From the NCBI GenBank assembly GCA_040753635.1, contig JBFMDL010000001.1:3714-67713 (forward strand): a stretch of DNA of 64,000 nt, read 5' to 3'. A model generated the notes under the pieces. That model made no database searches. It was not told where the DNA came from and saw only the letters and a list, made by a program, of their open reading frames with translations. The position numbers and the translations under genes were made by a program. The DNA is from Nitrospirota bacterium (GTDB taxonomy: Bacteria > Nitrospirota > Thermodesulfovibrionia > Thermodesulfovibrionales > UBA6898). Shown piece by piece: positions 16,944-26,494 of the stretch; position 1 is the stretch's first letter, and each line of letters begins with the position of its first letter.

Positions 16944-18137
16944 CTAAATTTCCAGTTTGCCTATCGCCTCTTTTATCCTTGCTGTCGCCCTCTTTATATC
17001 ATCAAGGGATGTTGCATATGAAAGCCTTATATGATTATCGTCTCCGAAGGCTTCGCCTTGAACCAGCGCGACATTTGCCTCTTCCAGCAGGTAAAGCGCA
17101 AGATCAACTGATGAAGATATCTTCCTGTCCCCGAATTTGCCGCCATAAATTTTTGAGGTGTTGGGAAATGCATAAAATGCGCCTGTGGGCATAATACAAC
17201 TTATACCGTCAATCGAATTCAGTTCGTCAACAAGATAACGCCTTCTTCTGTCAAACTCACCCAGCATCTTTTTTATAAAATCCTGCGGGCCTCTCAATGC
17301 CTCTATAGCGGCCTTTTGGGCAATTGAGTTAGGGTTTGAGGTTGACTGGCTCTGGATGTTTGTCATGGCCTTGATTATTCCGGCGGGACCCGCTGCATAT
17401 CCTATCCTCCATCCGGTCATCGCATGTGATTTTGACAATCCATTAACAACTATTGTCCTTGATTTTATCTTTGCATCCAGAGAGGCAATGCTTATATGTT
17501 CAAAACCGTCATAAATAAGTTTTTCATAAATCTCGTCAGAAATGATATAGAAATTATGCCTGAGAGCAACTTCTGCTATTTTTTCGAGAGCCAGCTTATC
17601 GTATGTAAGGCCTGTAGGGTTTGACGGGGAATTCAGTATCAACGCCTTTGTTCTGTCAGTTATGCATGTCTCAAGAACTTCAGGCCGTAACATAAACGAA
17701 TCGGATTCGGAAGTCCTGGCAAAGACAGGAGTTGCATCATTCAGTACAACCTGATCCGGATAAGAGACCCAATAAGGCGACGGGATTATCACCTCATCAC
17801 CCGGACCGTACAAAGCCTGTGCTATATTGTAAAGGCTGTGTTTCGCGCCGCATGATACTATAATTTCCTCTCTCTTATAGGACAGACCGTTGTCATTCTG
17901 CAGTTTGTCGATTATCGCATCCTTTAATGCGTCTATCCCTCCTACCGCAGTATACTTTGTGAAACCGTCCTTAATGGCCTTAATGGCAGCTTCTTTAATA
18001 TTGTCCGGAGTATCGAAATCAGGCTCGCCCACCCCGAAACTTATAATGTCAACTCCTGATGCCTTCATGGATTTTGCCTTCGAATCAATGGCAAGTGTGG
18101 GTGACGGCTTTATCTTTTTCGCCCTTTCAGAAAGCAT
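16944..18137 (-). CDS. Pyridoxal-phosphate-dependent aminotransferase (aspartate aminotransferase-like, class I)
   Basis: The protein is 397 aa with the SKSHAMTGWRIGY PLP-lysine motif and the LNSPSNPTG motif. Confidence 0.85.
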   Translation of the reverse strand: MLSERAKKIKPSPTLAIDSKAKSMKASGVDIISFGVGEPDFDTPDNIKEAAIKAIKDGFTKYTAVGGIDALKDAIIDKLQNDNGLSYKREEIIVSCGAKHSLYNIAQALYGPGDEVIIPSPYWVSYPDQVVLNDATPVFARTSESDSFMLRPEVLETCITDRTKALILNSPSNPTGLTYDKLALEKIAEVALRHNFYIISDEIYEKLIYDGFEHISIASLDAKIKSRTIVVNGLSKSHAMTGWRIGYAAGPAGIIKAMTNIQSQSTSNPNSIAQKAAIEALRGPQDFIKKMLGEFDRRRRYLVDELNSIDGISCIMPTGAFYAFPNTSKIYGGKFGDRKISSSVDLALYLLEEANVALVQGEAFGDDNHIRLSYATSLDDIKRATARIKEAIGKLEI

Positions 18138-18138
18138 G

Positions 18139-20079
18139 TTACTCTTCTTTCCTCTCTTTCTCTTTTTCTGGATCTGAAATGTTTTTTCTGTTTTTTTCCT
18201 CTATCTTCTTTTTAAGATCCTTTACCTTGTTCTGGAATTCCCTTGTAAGTGCATCAGCCTCCTCATGGTTTGCAACGACATGAGGCGTAACCATAAGAAC
18301 CAATTCTTTTTTTGCAACTGAATCTGTTGTTGTGCCGAAGAGATAACCGAGTACGGGTATCTTGCTCAGGAAGGGGATGCCGCTTCTGGTCTTCTGCATC
18401 CTTTCAGTTATAATGCCCCCGAGGACAAGGGTATGTCCATCCTGTACAATGGCGGTAGTATTTGCCTTTCTCGTCTTGAACCCCTGATATTCTTGATCCG
18501 CAATAGGTACTTTTCCCCCTAATTCGCTGACCTCCTGTGTTATCTTTAATGTCACCTGCTTGTTCTCATTTATATGAGGCGTAACCGTCAAAATAGTCCC
18601 CGCAGATTTGAACTGAACCTGTGAAGTGGAATAATCGGTGCTTGTCTGGGGTTGTGATATGGAGGTTGCCACAGGCACTTCATCCGCGATCTCTATCTTC
18701 GCCTCCTTGTTATCGAGAGCAAGTATATGCGGACTTGCGAGCACATTTATCTTATCATTTGTAGCAGCAGCATAAATTAAAGCATTAATCTTATTAGGAG
18801 CAATTACATTAGCAAAGAGACCAGATGCTACAACAGGAACAAAGTCAGTTGATTTAATTATTATTTCTCCGGAAGTGGTGTCTTTTTCTGTTGTAATAAA
18901 GTCTGTAGGTTTCTGGGCAAATCCACCTAAAACATCAAAATCCTTCCCCTCAGCATGGATGCTTGTCTTCAAAAGCCATTCTATCCCCAGTTTTGTCGTA
19001 TCATCCAGTGTAATCTCGGCTATCAACACCTCTATCAATACCTGCTTAGGCTGCACATCGAGTTTTTTGATGGTCTCAAGAAGGGTCACATATCCGCGGG
19101 GAGTGGTTTTTATGATGAGGGCATTGATGTCTTCATACGCCTCAATAACAATCTCTCCCTCAATTTCACCTGCAAGCCCTTCCTGAACTGTAGCTCCTGT
19201 TGCTGGCTGAGGACGTGCAGTTACTCTGGGAGGCGTTCTTGGCGCAGGCACAGGCGCTGTCGTGACCGATTTAACAGAGGGGGGAACCCCTTCGGCTTTT
19301 TTATAAATATTCTTCAGGATATCCGCAAGCTTCTTTGCCTCGCCGTTTTCAACATGATAGACAAAAGTTCTTATGGAGTCACGCTCCGTGGCGGGTATAT
19401 CTATAAATTCGAGAATCTTCATGAGTTTTATGATGCCTGCGGGTGGAGCCGTAACAAACAGCGTGTTGGCCGGCTCATAAACTATAATATCCGTCCCTCT
19501 CGGCATAAGATTCCTTACTATATTTGCGACGTCATTTGCCTTTACATATTCCAGGGGAATTCCCTGTGTAACAAAACTCGAATCTTTAGGAACAGAGGGG
19601 GTCTTGCCTGACTCAACCGGAACAGGCTGCTGTTTTGCCGTATCAATAGGGACAATCCTGTAAAAACTTCCGTCTTTAACAGCGGTGAAACCGTTGAATT
19701 CGAGCAATGTTTGGAATGTGGGAAACAACTCGCTCAATGGTATTTTGTTGCTTGACTGCACAGTGATCTTGCCGCTTACTCCGGGAGCAAGAATATAGTT
19801 TATCTTCAGCATTTCGGCAATTGTGGATACAACAGTCTCAATATCCGCATTTTCGAAATTCAGCATTATATACTGCTCTTCAGCCTTTTTTTCGGAAACA
19901 GGCTTCTCAGGCTTCTTTTCTTCCTTGACTTCTGTTTTAGGGACAAATTCCGGCAGTTTCAGCTCTTCGGCCTCAGGAGATACGGCAGGGACTGTCTCTT
20001 CAGGTCTTGAAACCTGTTTCGGAGCGCAGGAACTCAGAATTAAGAAAAGTATAAGAACCGATAGAAGTCTATGGATCAT
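18139..20079 (-). CDS. gspD: Secretin, GspD/PilQ family (type II secretion-like outer membrane channel)
   Basis: Lipoprotein-type leader (LILSSCAP), N0/N1-type domains, a Pro-rich insert, and a C-terminal secretin core (..GIPFLSKIPVLGYLFG..LVLMVTPHVV). Confidence 0.85.
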   Translation of the reverse strand: MIHRLLSVLILFLILSSCAPKQVSRPEETVPAVSPEAEELKLPEFVPKTEVKEEKKPEKPVSEKKAEEQYIMLNFENADIETVVSTIAEMLKINYILAPGVSGKITVQSSNKIPLSELFPTFQTLLEFNGFTAVKDGSFYRIVPIDTAKQQPVPVESGKTPSVPKDSSFVTQGIPLEYVKANDVANIVRNLMPRGTDIIVYEPANTLFVTAPPAGIIKLMKILEFIDIPATERDSIRTFVYHVENGEAKKLADILKNIYKKAEGVPPSVKSVTTAPVPAPRTPPRVTARPQPATGATVQEGLAGEIEGEIVIEAYEDINALIIKTTPRGYVTLLETIKKLDVQPKQVLIEVLIAEITLDDTTKLGIEWLLKTSIHAEGKDFDVLGGFAQKPTDFITTEKDTTSGEIIIKSTDFVPVVASGLFANVIAPNKINALIYAAATNDKINVLASPHILALDNKEAKIEIADEVPVATSISQPQTSTDYSTSQVQFKSAGTILTVTPHINENKQVTLKITQEVSELGGKVPIADQEYQGFKTRKANTTAIVQDGHTLVLGGIITERMQKTRSGIPFLSKIPVLGYLFGTTTDSVAKKELVLMVTPHVVANHEEADALTREFQNKVKDLKKKIEEKNRKNISDPEKEKERKEE

Positions 20080-20576
20080 CTTGTCGTCCTCGGATTACTT
20101 ATCGTTTTTATTTTATCAAGGCTGAGATTTATTGTCTCGGCATTCCATTTTATCATAACTTTTCTTTCAGATATATCAAATAATTCCACTCCTTCGATTT
20201 TATCCCCTTTTCTCATGGGCATCGGTTTTGATTTATCTATCTCCAGATAAGCAACATATTCTCCGAACTGATTCAGTACAATGCCCTTCAGAGCAAGTTC
20301 GGGTTTTCTGGGCGGAGGCAAAGGTATATCGGAGGGTAAAACAGGCCTGGGCTCTGCATATGACCTGAATGGACTGAACAAATTTTTTTCATAAATATCA
20401 CCGCTCCATCCCGGCTTATAGCTTGTTACATTGATTATCCCGGTTTCATTAGTCCCGGCCGTCTTGATCCCGAGATCCTTTAATGGATCGTATCTGACTG
20501 CCTTCAGATAAAAATTCCAGGATATGTATATAAACAAAAATATGACTATTATGAGCATAAAGACCTTCCGTATCAT
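20076..20576 (-). CDS. Hypothetical T2SS/T4P-associated protein (GspC/PilP-like, single TM)
   Basis: N-terminal TM helix, a Pro-rich linker, and a C-terminal beta domain (LKGIVLNQFGEYVAYLEI...GDKIEGVELFDI). It has 4-nt overlaps with both neighbours. Confidence 0.4.
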   Translation of the reverse strand: MIRKVFMLIIVIFLFIYISWNFYLKAVRYDPLKDLGIKTAGTNETGIINVTSYKPGWSGDIYEKNLFSPFRSYAEPRPVLPSDIPLPPPRKPELALKGIVLNQFGEYVAYLEIDKSKPMPMRKGDKIEGVELFDISERKVMIKWNAETINLSLDKIKTISNPRTTR

Positions 20577-21103
20577 GCCCTGACCAATCCTGACAACTGT
20601 ATCTTGAATTTAAGCTCCTTGGGATTCTGGATATTAGTTATATTCAGATTAAGCTTGTCGATTTTTATCATAAGATTGCCGGATTCTACGTATTTCAAAA
20701 AATCCCCGATCTGCTTTATATCTCCGTTGCCTTCGATAAATAACGGAATATTAATATAATTATTGATCTTTACTGCGCTTAAAGGCCTGACAGTCAGGAT
20801 CCTTAAACCTGCCCTGGACGTGATGCCCGATATTTCGCTCTGCAATCTTGCAGAGGCAAGAAATTCGGATTTTTCATCAATCAATTTTTTTTCTATTTTT
20901 TTTATGTCATCGATCGCAGATTTTATCTCCTCTTCGGTCGCGCCGGCGCCTTTTATGAATTGTTCATATTTCTGCAAGGCATTATATTGGGCGCTGATAG
21001 ACTCTCTCATTATTTCGGCTTCAGGCTCCAAAAAATAGTTCTCAAAAACAAAGACTGCGACAATGAACAAAAATACTATAAAAATATATCTGTTTTTTTT
21101 CAA
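20573..21103 (-). CDS. GspM/PilO-like assembly protein
   Basis: TM helix, coiled coil and a ferredoxin-like C-terminal domain. It occupies the position between the GspL-like gene and the secretin-proximal genes. Confidence 0.5.
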   Translation of the reverse strand: MKKNRYIFIVFLFIVAVFVFENYFLEPEAEIMRESISAQYNALQKYEQFIKGAGATEEEIKSAIDDIKKIEKKLIDEKSEFLASARLQSEISGITSRAGLRILTVRPLSAVKINNYINIPLFIEGNGDIKQIGDFLKYVESGNLMIKIDKLNLNITNIQNPKELKFKIQLSGLVRA

Positions 21104-22371
21104 AATGACTCAGCCTCCAACTTTATTGCAAAGCGCTCTTCGCCGTCTTTTGTGATAATCGGCGATGAAAACGAAACATTTTTAAAGGCATCGGATTTCT
21201 CTATTGCCATAACAAGCTCGGACGTCTTTTTTGCAAAACCTTCCATCTCGATCTTCCCTTTGTCGTCAATTGCAATATTTATCAGCCATGCGTCTTTCGG
21301 GATCACCCTGCTCAGTCCGCTGAACGCTCTTATAGCAAAATTACTTTTGGCCTGAAAATCCAGAAGAACCTTTTTTTCATTCTTTATTGAATCCAGCTTT
21401 TTCTGATTCTCGATCACTCCCGATGCCTTATTCTTAATCGAGGATATCCTTGACTCTATCGATTTCAAAGTTGCCCGGTCCTTATAATAGGCTATCAATC
21501 CCGTGAGAAGAAAAACAACAACTGCGGCCGCTGCAAATCCACCCAGTATATATGGATAATAATCCTTTCCTTTTTCTATATAATCAAGCGGCAGAAAATT
21601 CATATCCAGACGGTTCTTCTTAATGCCGCTCAATGCCTGTGTGTTCGAAACAGAGATATGGAATTTTCTGATGTTCAGCTTTTCGTTCAGGGACAATTCA
21701 GTTTTCCCTGTCAGGTACACGTTCCCCGGATATGATGCCAGAAGTTTTTCCAGCTCGCCGGAAAGGTCGATTTCCTTGTTAAAATTCCTGAAAATCACCG
21801 GCATCGAGTCTTTTATTACGGCGACCTCATATGAATTATCTGTCATATTTACAAATATCCCGTCTATCTTCCTTTCTCCTGCGATATCAAGGAAACCGCA
21901 AAGCGCTCCGATTGCGCTGCATCTTATTGATGAAATATTCAGGCCGGCCTCTTTCATATATTTCAGGATGCTATTGATGATATCTTTTTTTAATGAAAAT
22001 ACAACCGCCTTCAATCTCCCCTTCTCTTTTGCAACCAAAATAAAGTCAAAAATATATTCATCTACAGGAAGCGGGAGATATTTCTCAAGTTCGAATCTAA
22101 GAGCGTTCCGCAAATCAGCCCTGTTCATTAAAGGCATGTCGAGAAGTTTAAATGAGAATAACCTCAACGGAACGCCGACAGTAACCCTGTCGGGAGAATA
22201 TTCCTTTTTTATCTGTCTGAATGTCTCTACAATCACCCGGTCTTTTTCTTCTTTTTCATCAGGCAGAGCCACATCCAGCGTCTTCACATCCTTAACAACT
22301 CTGAAGCCGGAGTCTATTATAGACGCACTCAGAGTTTTATCTTTAAGATCAACCCCCAGTATTCTCCGCAC
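21100..22371 (-). CDS. GspL/PilM-PilN-like assembly protein
   Basis: Cytoplasmic actin-like N-terminal domain (ILGVDLKDKTL...), a single TM helix (ILGGFAAAAVVVFLLTGLIAYY) and a ~120-aa periplasmic domain. Confidence 0.55.
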   Translation of the reverse strand: MRRILGVDLKDKTLSASIIDSGFRVVKDVKTLDVALPDEKEEKDRVIVETFRQIKKEYSPDRVTVGVPLRLFSFKLLDMPLMNRADLRNALRFELEKYLPLPVDEYIFDFILVAKEKGRLKAVVFSLKKDIINSILKYMKEAGLNISSIRCSAIGALCGFLDIAGERKIDGIFVNMTDNSYEVAVIKDSMPVIFRNFNKEIDLSGELEKLLASYPGNVYLTGKTELSLNEKLNIRKFHISVSNTQALSGIKKNRLDMNFLPLDYIEKGKDYYPYILGGFAAAAVVVFLLTGLIAYYKDRATLKSIESRISSIKNKASGVIENQKKLDSIKNEKKVLLDFQAKSNFAIRAFSGLSRVIPKDAWLINIAIDDKGKIEMEGFAKKTSELVMAIEKSDAFKNVSFSSPIITKDGEERFAIKLEAESF

Positions 22372-23332
22372 TTTCTCTCCAGTATACAGTCTTTATTTTA
22401 TAACCTTTTGGCGACATCCGCCTGTCAAGAACAGCTGTGATCTTTGCTGACAGTTTGCTGTTTTTTGCAGTGCCGGTAACCTCGACCCTTAAAGTGTTCG
22501 AGGATATCATGTTCAGTCCATACGGAATAAACTGCTGAGGGATGAACCTGAAACCCCCTGCATCACTGTTCCTCTGTTTAAGGACAGCCTCGATCTCTAT
22601 TTCGTTCAAACCGAGCAGCTGCATTGTATCTTTTGAGACCGTATTTATATTGATCTGTCCTCTGCCGAATGTTGTTATCAAAGGGAGCAGAGATCTTATC
22701 TCTTCAGAGCCGCGCATAAAATCAGTCTTTATTCCTTTGACAAGACCCAGTTCTTCGGGAACATCAAAGAGAGCATTCTTTGCCTTGTATGGTTCCGGAA
22801 TATTCTCATAATAATCATCTTCAGCGCCTGACAGATGATGCTCATTGTCCGGGTCCTTCCAGTCCAATATTGAATCGATTATCTCTGTTATCGAATCCTG
22901 CGGAATGCCGGCATACTCGAAAAGTTTCCTGAGCCTTTCCTGGTTCGAAAAATTAATGTTAATCCTGGAATTTTCGTCTGTTATACGGATCTCTATTTCT
23001 CCTTCATCTGTGGACATTCTGCCTGTTAATGGTGTTGCATCGCTGTCGGTCCGGAAATTCCCGTCATTGTCGATAAAGTCGAACGACGGGTCCTTGTCCG
23101 ACATCAGGTAATTCAGGACCTTATGATATCCCGACATGGCCAGATAATATGAGAGCGTTTCCTCTTTCAGGTTATGGGTGCTTGCCGAATTCCATCTTGT
23201 GGAGATCAGGAAATTTACGGCAATTATGCTCAGCATGACCGTGATCCATAAGACCATAATAAGGGCAATGCCATCGTTCCGGACAAATATCAAATTTGAA
23301 ATTCGAATTTTGAAATTCGAATTTTTTTTCAT
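22349..23332 (-). CDS. gspK: Type II secretion minor pseudopilin GspK-like
   Basis: The sequence has G-IALIMVLW..., DENSRININ, ILDWKDPDNE..GAEDDYY and an HhH-like ININTVSKDTMQLLGL. Confidence 0.75.
   Translation of the reverse strand: MKKNSNFKIRISNLIFVRNDGIALIMVLWITVMLSIIAVNFLISTRWNSASTHNLKEETLSYYLAMSGYHKVLNYLMSDKDPSFDFIDNDGNFRTDSDATPLTGRMSTDEGEIEIRITDENSRININFSNQERLRKLFEYAGIPQDSITEIIDSILDWKDPDNEHHLSGAEDDYYENIPEPYKAKNALFDVPEELGLVKGIKTDFMRGSEEIRSLLPLITTFGRGQININTVSKDTMQLLGLNEIEIEAVLKQRNSDAGGFRFIPQQFIPYGLNMISSNTLRVEVTGTAKNSKLSAKITAVLDRRMSPKGYKIKTVYWRESAENTGG
23295..23324. repeat. Perfect 14-bp tandem duplication containing two 12-bp palindromes (AAATTCGAATTT)
   Basis: TTTGAAATTCGAAT at 23295-23308 equals 23309-23322. 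The palindromes lie at 23299-23310 and 23313-23324. The repeat covers codons 3-13 of gspK, just downstream of the gspE stop / gspK start overlap. Confidence 0.85.
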
Positions 23333-25005
23333 AGCTCCACCTGGGTAACCCTAAAAACCTCGTCGATTGTCGTGATGCCTTTTTTCACCTTTTCTATCCC
23401 GTCCTCCCTGAGCGTCCGCATCCCGAGTGAAATCGCCTTGTCCTTTATTTCCTTTACTGTCGCCCGCTTCATTATTAATTCTCTTATTTCATCGGTAATC
23501 GGCAAGACCTCAAAAATGCCGATCCGCCCCCTGTAGCCTGTACCCGAGCAGTAATCGCAGCCTTCCCCGGCCCATAATTCTTTGATATCATAATTAAACT
23601 TGCTCAAAATCTCTTTTGACACCTCCTGCTTTACCTTGCAGTGCCGGCATATTCTCCTGACAAGCCTCTGGGCCATTACGCATATAAGCGTTGAAGAAAC
23701 AAGATAATTCTCTATCCCCATATCCATCAGTCTAGTAATTGCGCCCGGGGCATCATTTGTGTGCAAAGTGCTGAAGATGAGATGTCCTGTCAAGGCAGCA
23801 TGTATCGATATCCCGGCTGTCTCCATATCCCTGATCTCTCCTACCATGATTATATCGGGGTCCTGTCTGACTATGTGTCTAAGGCCGCTTGCAAAAGACA
23901 GGCCTATCTTCGGCCTCACCTGTATCTGATTTATGCCCTGCATAAGGTATTCAACAGGCTCCTCAATAGTTATAATTTTTTTCTCCGGGGAATTGATTTT
24001 GTCAAGAGAGGCATATAGTGTAGTGGATTTGCCGCTCCCGGTAGGCCCTGTTATAAGAATCATCCCGTATGGTTTCTTTATTATCTCCTCGTAGATATTA
24101 AGGATTACCCTGTCAAAACCCAGCTCTTCCAGTGTAATAAATGACGTCTCCTTATCAAGGAGCCTCATCACAATGCTCTCTCCATATATCGTAGGAATGG
24201 TGGAGACCCTTATATCTATCGCTTTACCCGCGATGTTCACCTTGATCCTTCCGTCCTGAGGAAGTCTTCTTTCGGCGATATTCATCTGAGACAACAACTT
24301 GATGCGGGATGATACAGCAGAATACATGCTTACGGGCAGAATCTCTTTTTCATAAAGCACACCGTCAATCCTGTATCTTGCTTTTACGCTCATTTCACCC
24401 GGTTCAATATGTATATCGCTCGCCCTGTCCTTTACGGCATTTTCAATAATTAGATTAACGAGTTGTATAATGCCCTTTTCCTGGGCCATATCCCTTAAAT
24501 GGCTTATCTCACCTGTAAGATCTTCCTGCATGATGTCATCCTGTCTGACATCCTCGATGAGTCTCTGCATAACAGCGCTTCTGGAGCCATGAAGAAATTT
24601 CAGGTGCTGGATAATATCGGTTTTTTTTGCAAGAAAGACGCTCACATCATATCCGAATGAGGATTTCAAGGCTTCTATGCCTTCGGCATTTGCCGGATCG
24701 CCTACAGCTATCTTTAAAACATTGTCTTTGATTTCAACAGGCAAGATCATATTTTTTTCGAGAAAACTGTAGGATATTTTCTCAAGAATTATTTCCTGCG
24801 GGAAATCCTTCATCTCCAGCAACGGCATATTGAACTGTTCGGACAACGCCTTATAAACTTCTTCTTCAGAGCTTGTATCGTCCGTCAGGATCTCTCCGAA
24901 TCTCCTCTCTCCCTTTTCTTCATTTTGAATATCAAGGGTCCTGTCGACGTCAGCCTTTGAAATGAGACCCTTTTTAAACAATATTTCACCGATCTTTTTA
25001 TGCAA
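23329..25005 (-). CDS. gspE: Type II/IV secretion ATPase, GspE/PilB family
   Basis: N-terminal T2SSE_N-like domain, Walker A motif GPTGSGKSTT, Walker B/Asp box, a His box and a C-terminal Cys cluster (CRHC...CDYC). Confidence 0.9.
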   Translation of the reverse strand: MHKKIGEILFKKGLISKADVDRTLDIQNEEKGERRFGEILTDDTSSEEEVYKALSEQFNMPLLEMKDFPQEIILEKISYSFLEKNMILPVEIKDNVLKIAVGDPANAEGIEALKSSFGYDVSVFLAKKTDIIQHLKFLHGSRSAVMQRLIEDVRQDDIMQEDLTGEISHLRDMAQEKGIIQLVNLIIENAVKDRASDIHIEPGEMSVKARYRIDGVLYEKEILPVSMYSAVSSRIKLLSQMNIAERRLPQDGRIKVNIAGKAIDIRVSTIPTIYGESIVMRLLDKETSFITLEELGFDRVILNIYEEIIKKPYGMILITGPTGSGKSTTLYASLDKINSPEKKIITIEEPVEYLMQGINQIQVRPKIGLSFASGLRHIVRQDPDIIMVGEIRDMETAGISIHAALTGHLIFSTLHTNDAPGAITRLMDMGIENYLVSSTLICVMAQRLVRRICRHCKVKQEVSKEILSKFNYDIKELWAGEGCDYCSGTGYRGRIGIFEVLPITDEIRELIMKRATVKEIKDKAISLGMRTLREDGIEKVKKGITTIDEVFRVTQVEL

Positions 25006-25009
25006 TTTC

Positions 25010-26494
25010 TTATTTTGTTGGTATTTTCGGAATAGTCCCGAACAGGTATTTGAAGTCCTCGTCCTCGAACTTTAAACCCATACCAACATATCCTCCGCTC
25101 CATTTTTTGTTAAGTATGTTGTCCGCACCGGCGCTTATAAACAAATTCTTGAAAAGAAAATAATCCGCTCCCACCTTAACATGAGGGCTTCTGGAGCCTT
25201 CTTCATCATTCGAGAAATCCCACACATCAGCGCTGATCTTGATCTTATCGTTATTGAAAAAATAGTCCCCGCCGACTCCGAATGTGTTTTCGGTAAGCCC
25301 TATCCTCATTGCAGCATCACCGAACCTCTTTGCGAATTGTGCCGTAAATTCTATCTTCTTCTTTATTTCTTCTTCTTTTACGGTTTTCGGTGGCGGGCTC
25401 GTGATAGTCTCTGTAGTTGTAACGCTTCCCACAGGGTCTCCGACAACGCCGAGTATGTAATACTTGTCAGGTTTCGGCTGGAGTGTGACATAAAAATATC
25501 CTTTGGCGTCCTTCGGTTTTGTGAGGTATTCCGTCTGGAATGTTATAAATGTCCTGAACCTGTCGACTGCGGAAATGGTCTTGTTTACGCCTTCCGCAGC
25601 TTTGTTTATTGATTCATACAGGCGGTCGTCCTTGACGAGTTTGCCGAGTGAACCCTCTCCCTTTTCAATATTTTTGGCTATGTTATCCAGTGATTCCACC
25701 GCGCCCCTGATGCCGGGCCGGTTTTCTTCAACCATTGCCTTTAATTCTTTGGTTGCCTTGTTAAGATTCTCAACGAGTTCGGGTCCGCTGGTCCTGATCG
25801 TGCCTGAAAAATCCCTTATATTTGCGATGGTAGAGGTGAGCGGTTCCCGGTTATTCTCTATAAGGTCGCTTATCGAAGCAGTAAGGCTGTTAATATTGTC
25901 AAGCACGGTCCTGAGCTTGTGGTCATTCACGGTTATCGTCTGGTTAAGATTTGCCGTTATTTCCCTCAGATTAACGATAGTCTGGCTTAAGGAATTCTTG
26001 GCCTCCTCTGTTCCCAGCACATCATTTAAAGATTCCGCAAGACTGGTAAATTTTTGAGATACATTTATCAAATTCCTTGCAAGATCATCAATATCAACAA
26101 GCTCCCTGACATTGGCTATCGTTTCTCCATCTTTCAATACAGGGGCATCGGGAGATCCGACATTGATATCAAGGAACTTGTCTCCCAGAAGACCTGTGGA
26201 CTTTATCGAGGCCATTGCATTCCTGTAGATCTTTATATCCGGATAGATTGAGAGCTTAACTCTCGCCTTTCCATCGGAAAGGTCAATGCTTTCAACCACG
26301 CCGGCATCTACACCCGCGACTTTTACTCTCGTCTTTTCATCAAGGCCCGCAATATTGTTAAAGTATACATATACGGTATAGCCTTTTCTTTTGGCCCATT
26401 CCAGTCCACCGACCTTAAAGGTCATAAATGCAAGAACGGCTATGACCAGGATCGCGAAAAAACCTACTTTAAGCTCTGTTGAGAGTCCTCTCAT
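25010..26494 (-). CDS. mlaD: MlaD/MCE family protein with a long helical and beta-rich C-terminal extension
   Basis: An N-terminal TM helix and MCE domain occupy about the first 125 aa. These are followed by ~180 aa of helical repeats and a ~190-aa beta-rich C-terminal region. The gene lies downstream of mlaE and mlaF. Confidence 0.8.
   Translation of the reverse strand: MRGLSTELKVGFFAILVIAVLAFMTFKVGGLEWAKRKGYTVYVYFNNIAGLDEKTRVKVAGVDAGVVESIDLSDGKARVKLSIYPDIKIYRNAMASIKSTGLLGDKFLDINVGSPDAPVLKDGETIANVRELVDIDDLARNLINVSQKFTSLAESLNDVLGTEEAKNSLSQTIVNLREITANLNQTITVNDHKLRTVLDNINSLTASISDLIENNREPLTSTIANIRDFSGTIRTSGPELVENLNKATKELKAMVEENRPGIRGAVESLDNIAKNIEKGEGSLGKLVKDDRLYESINKAAEGVNKTISAVDRFRTFITFQTEYLTKPKDAKGYFYVTLQPKPDKYYILGVVGDPVGSVTTTETITSPPPKTVKEEEIKKKIEFTAQFAKRFGDAAMRIGLTENTFGVGGDYFFNNDKIKISADVWDFSNDEEGSRSPHVKVGADYFLFKNLFISAGADNILNKKWSGGYVGMGLKFEDEDFKYLFGTIPKIPTK

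Noticed and set aside
16784-17194. A 136-aa plus-strand ORF across the era-aspC spacer, running into aspC antisense.
   Set aside because: Its N-terminal half is a translation of the C/G-tract repeats (..SPFIPLLQRGKD..), and the remainder is antisense to aspC.
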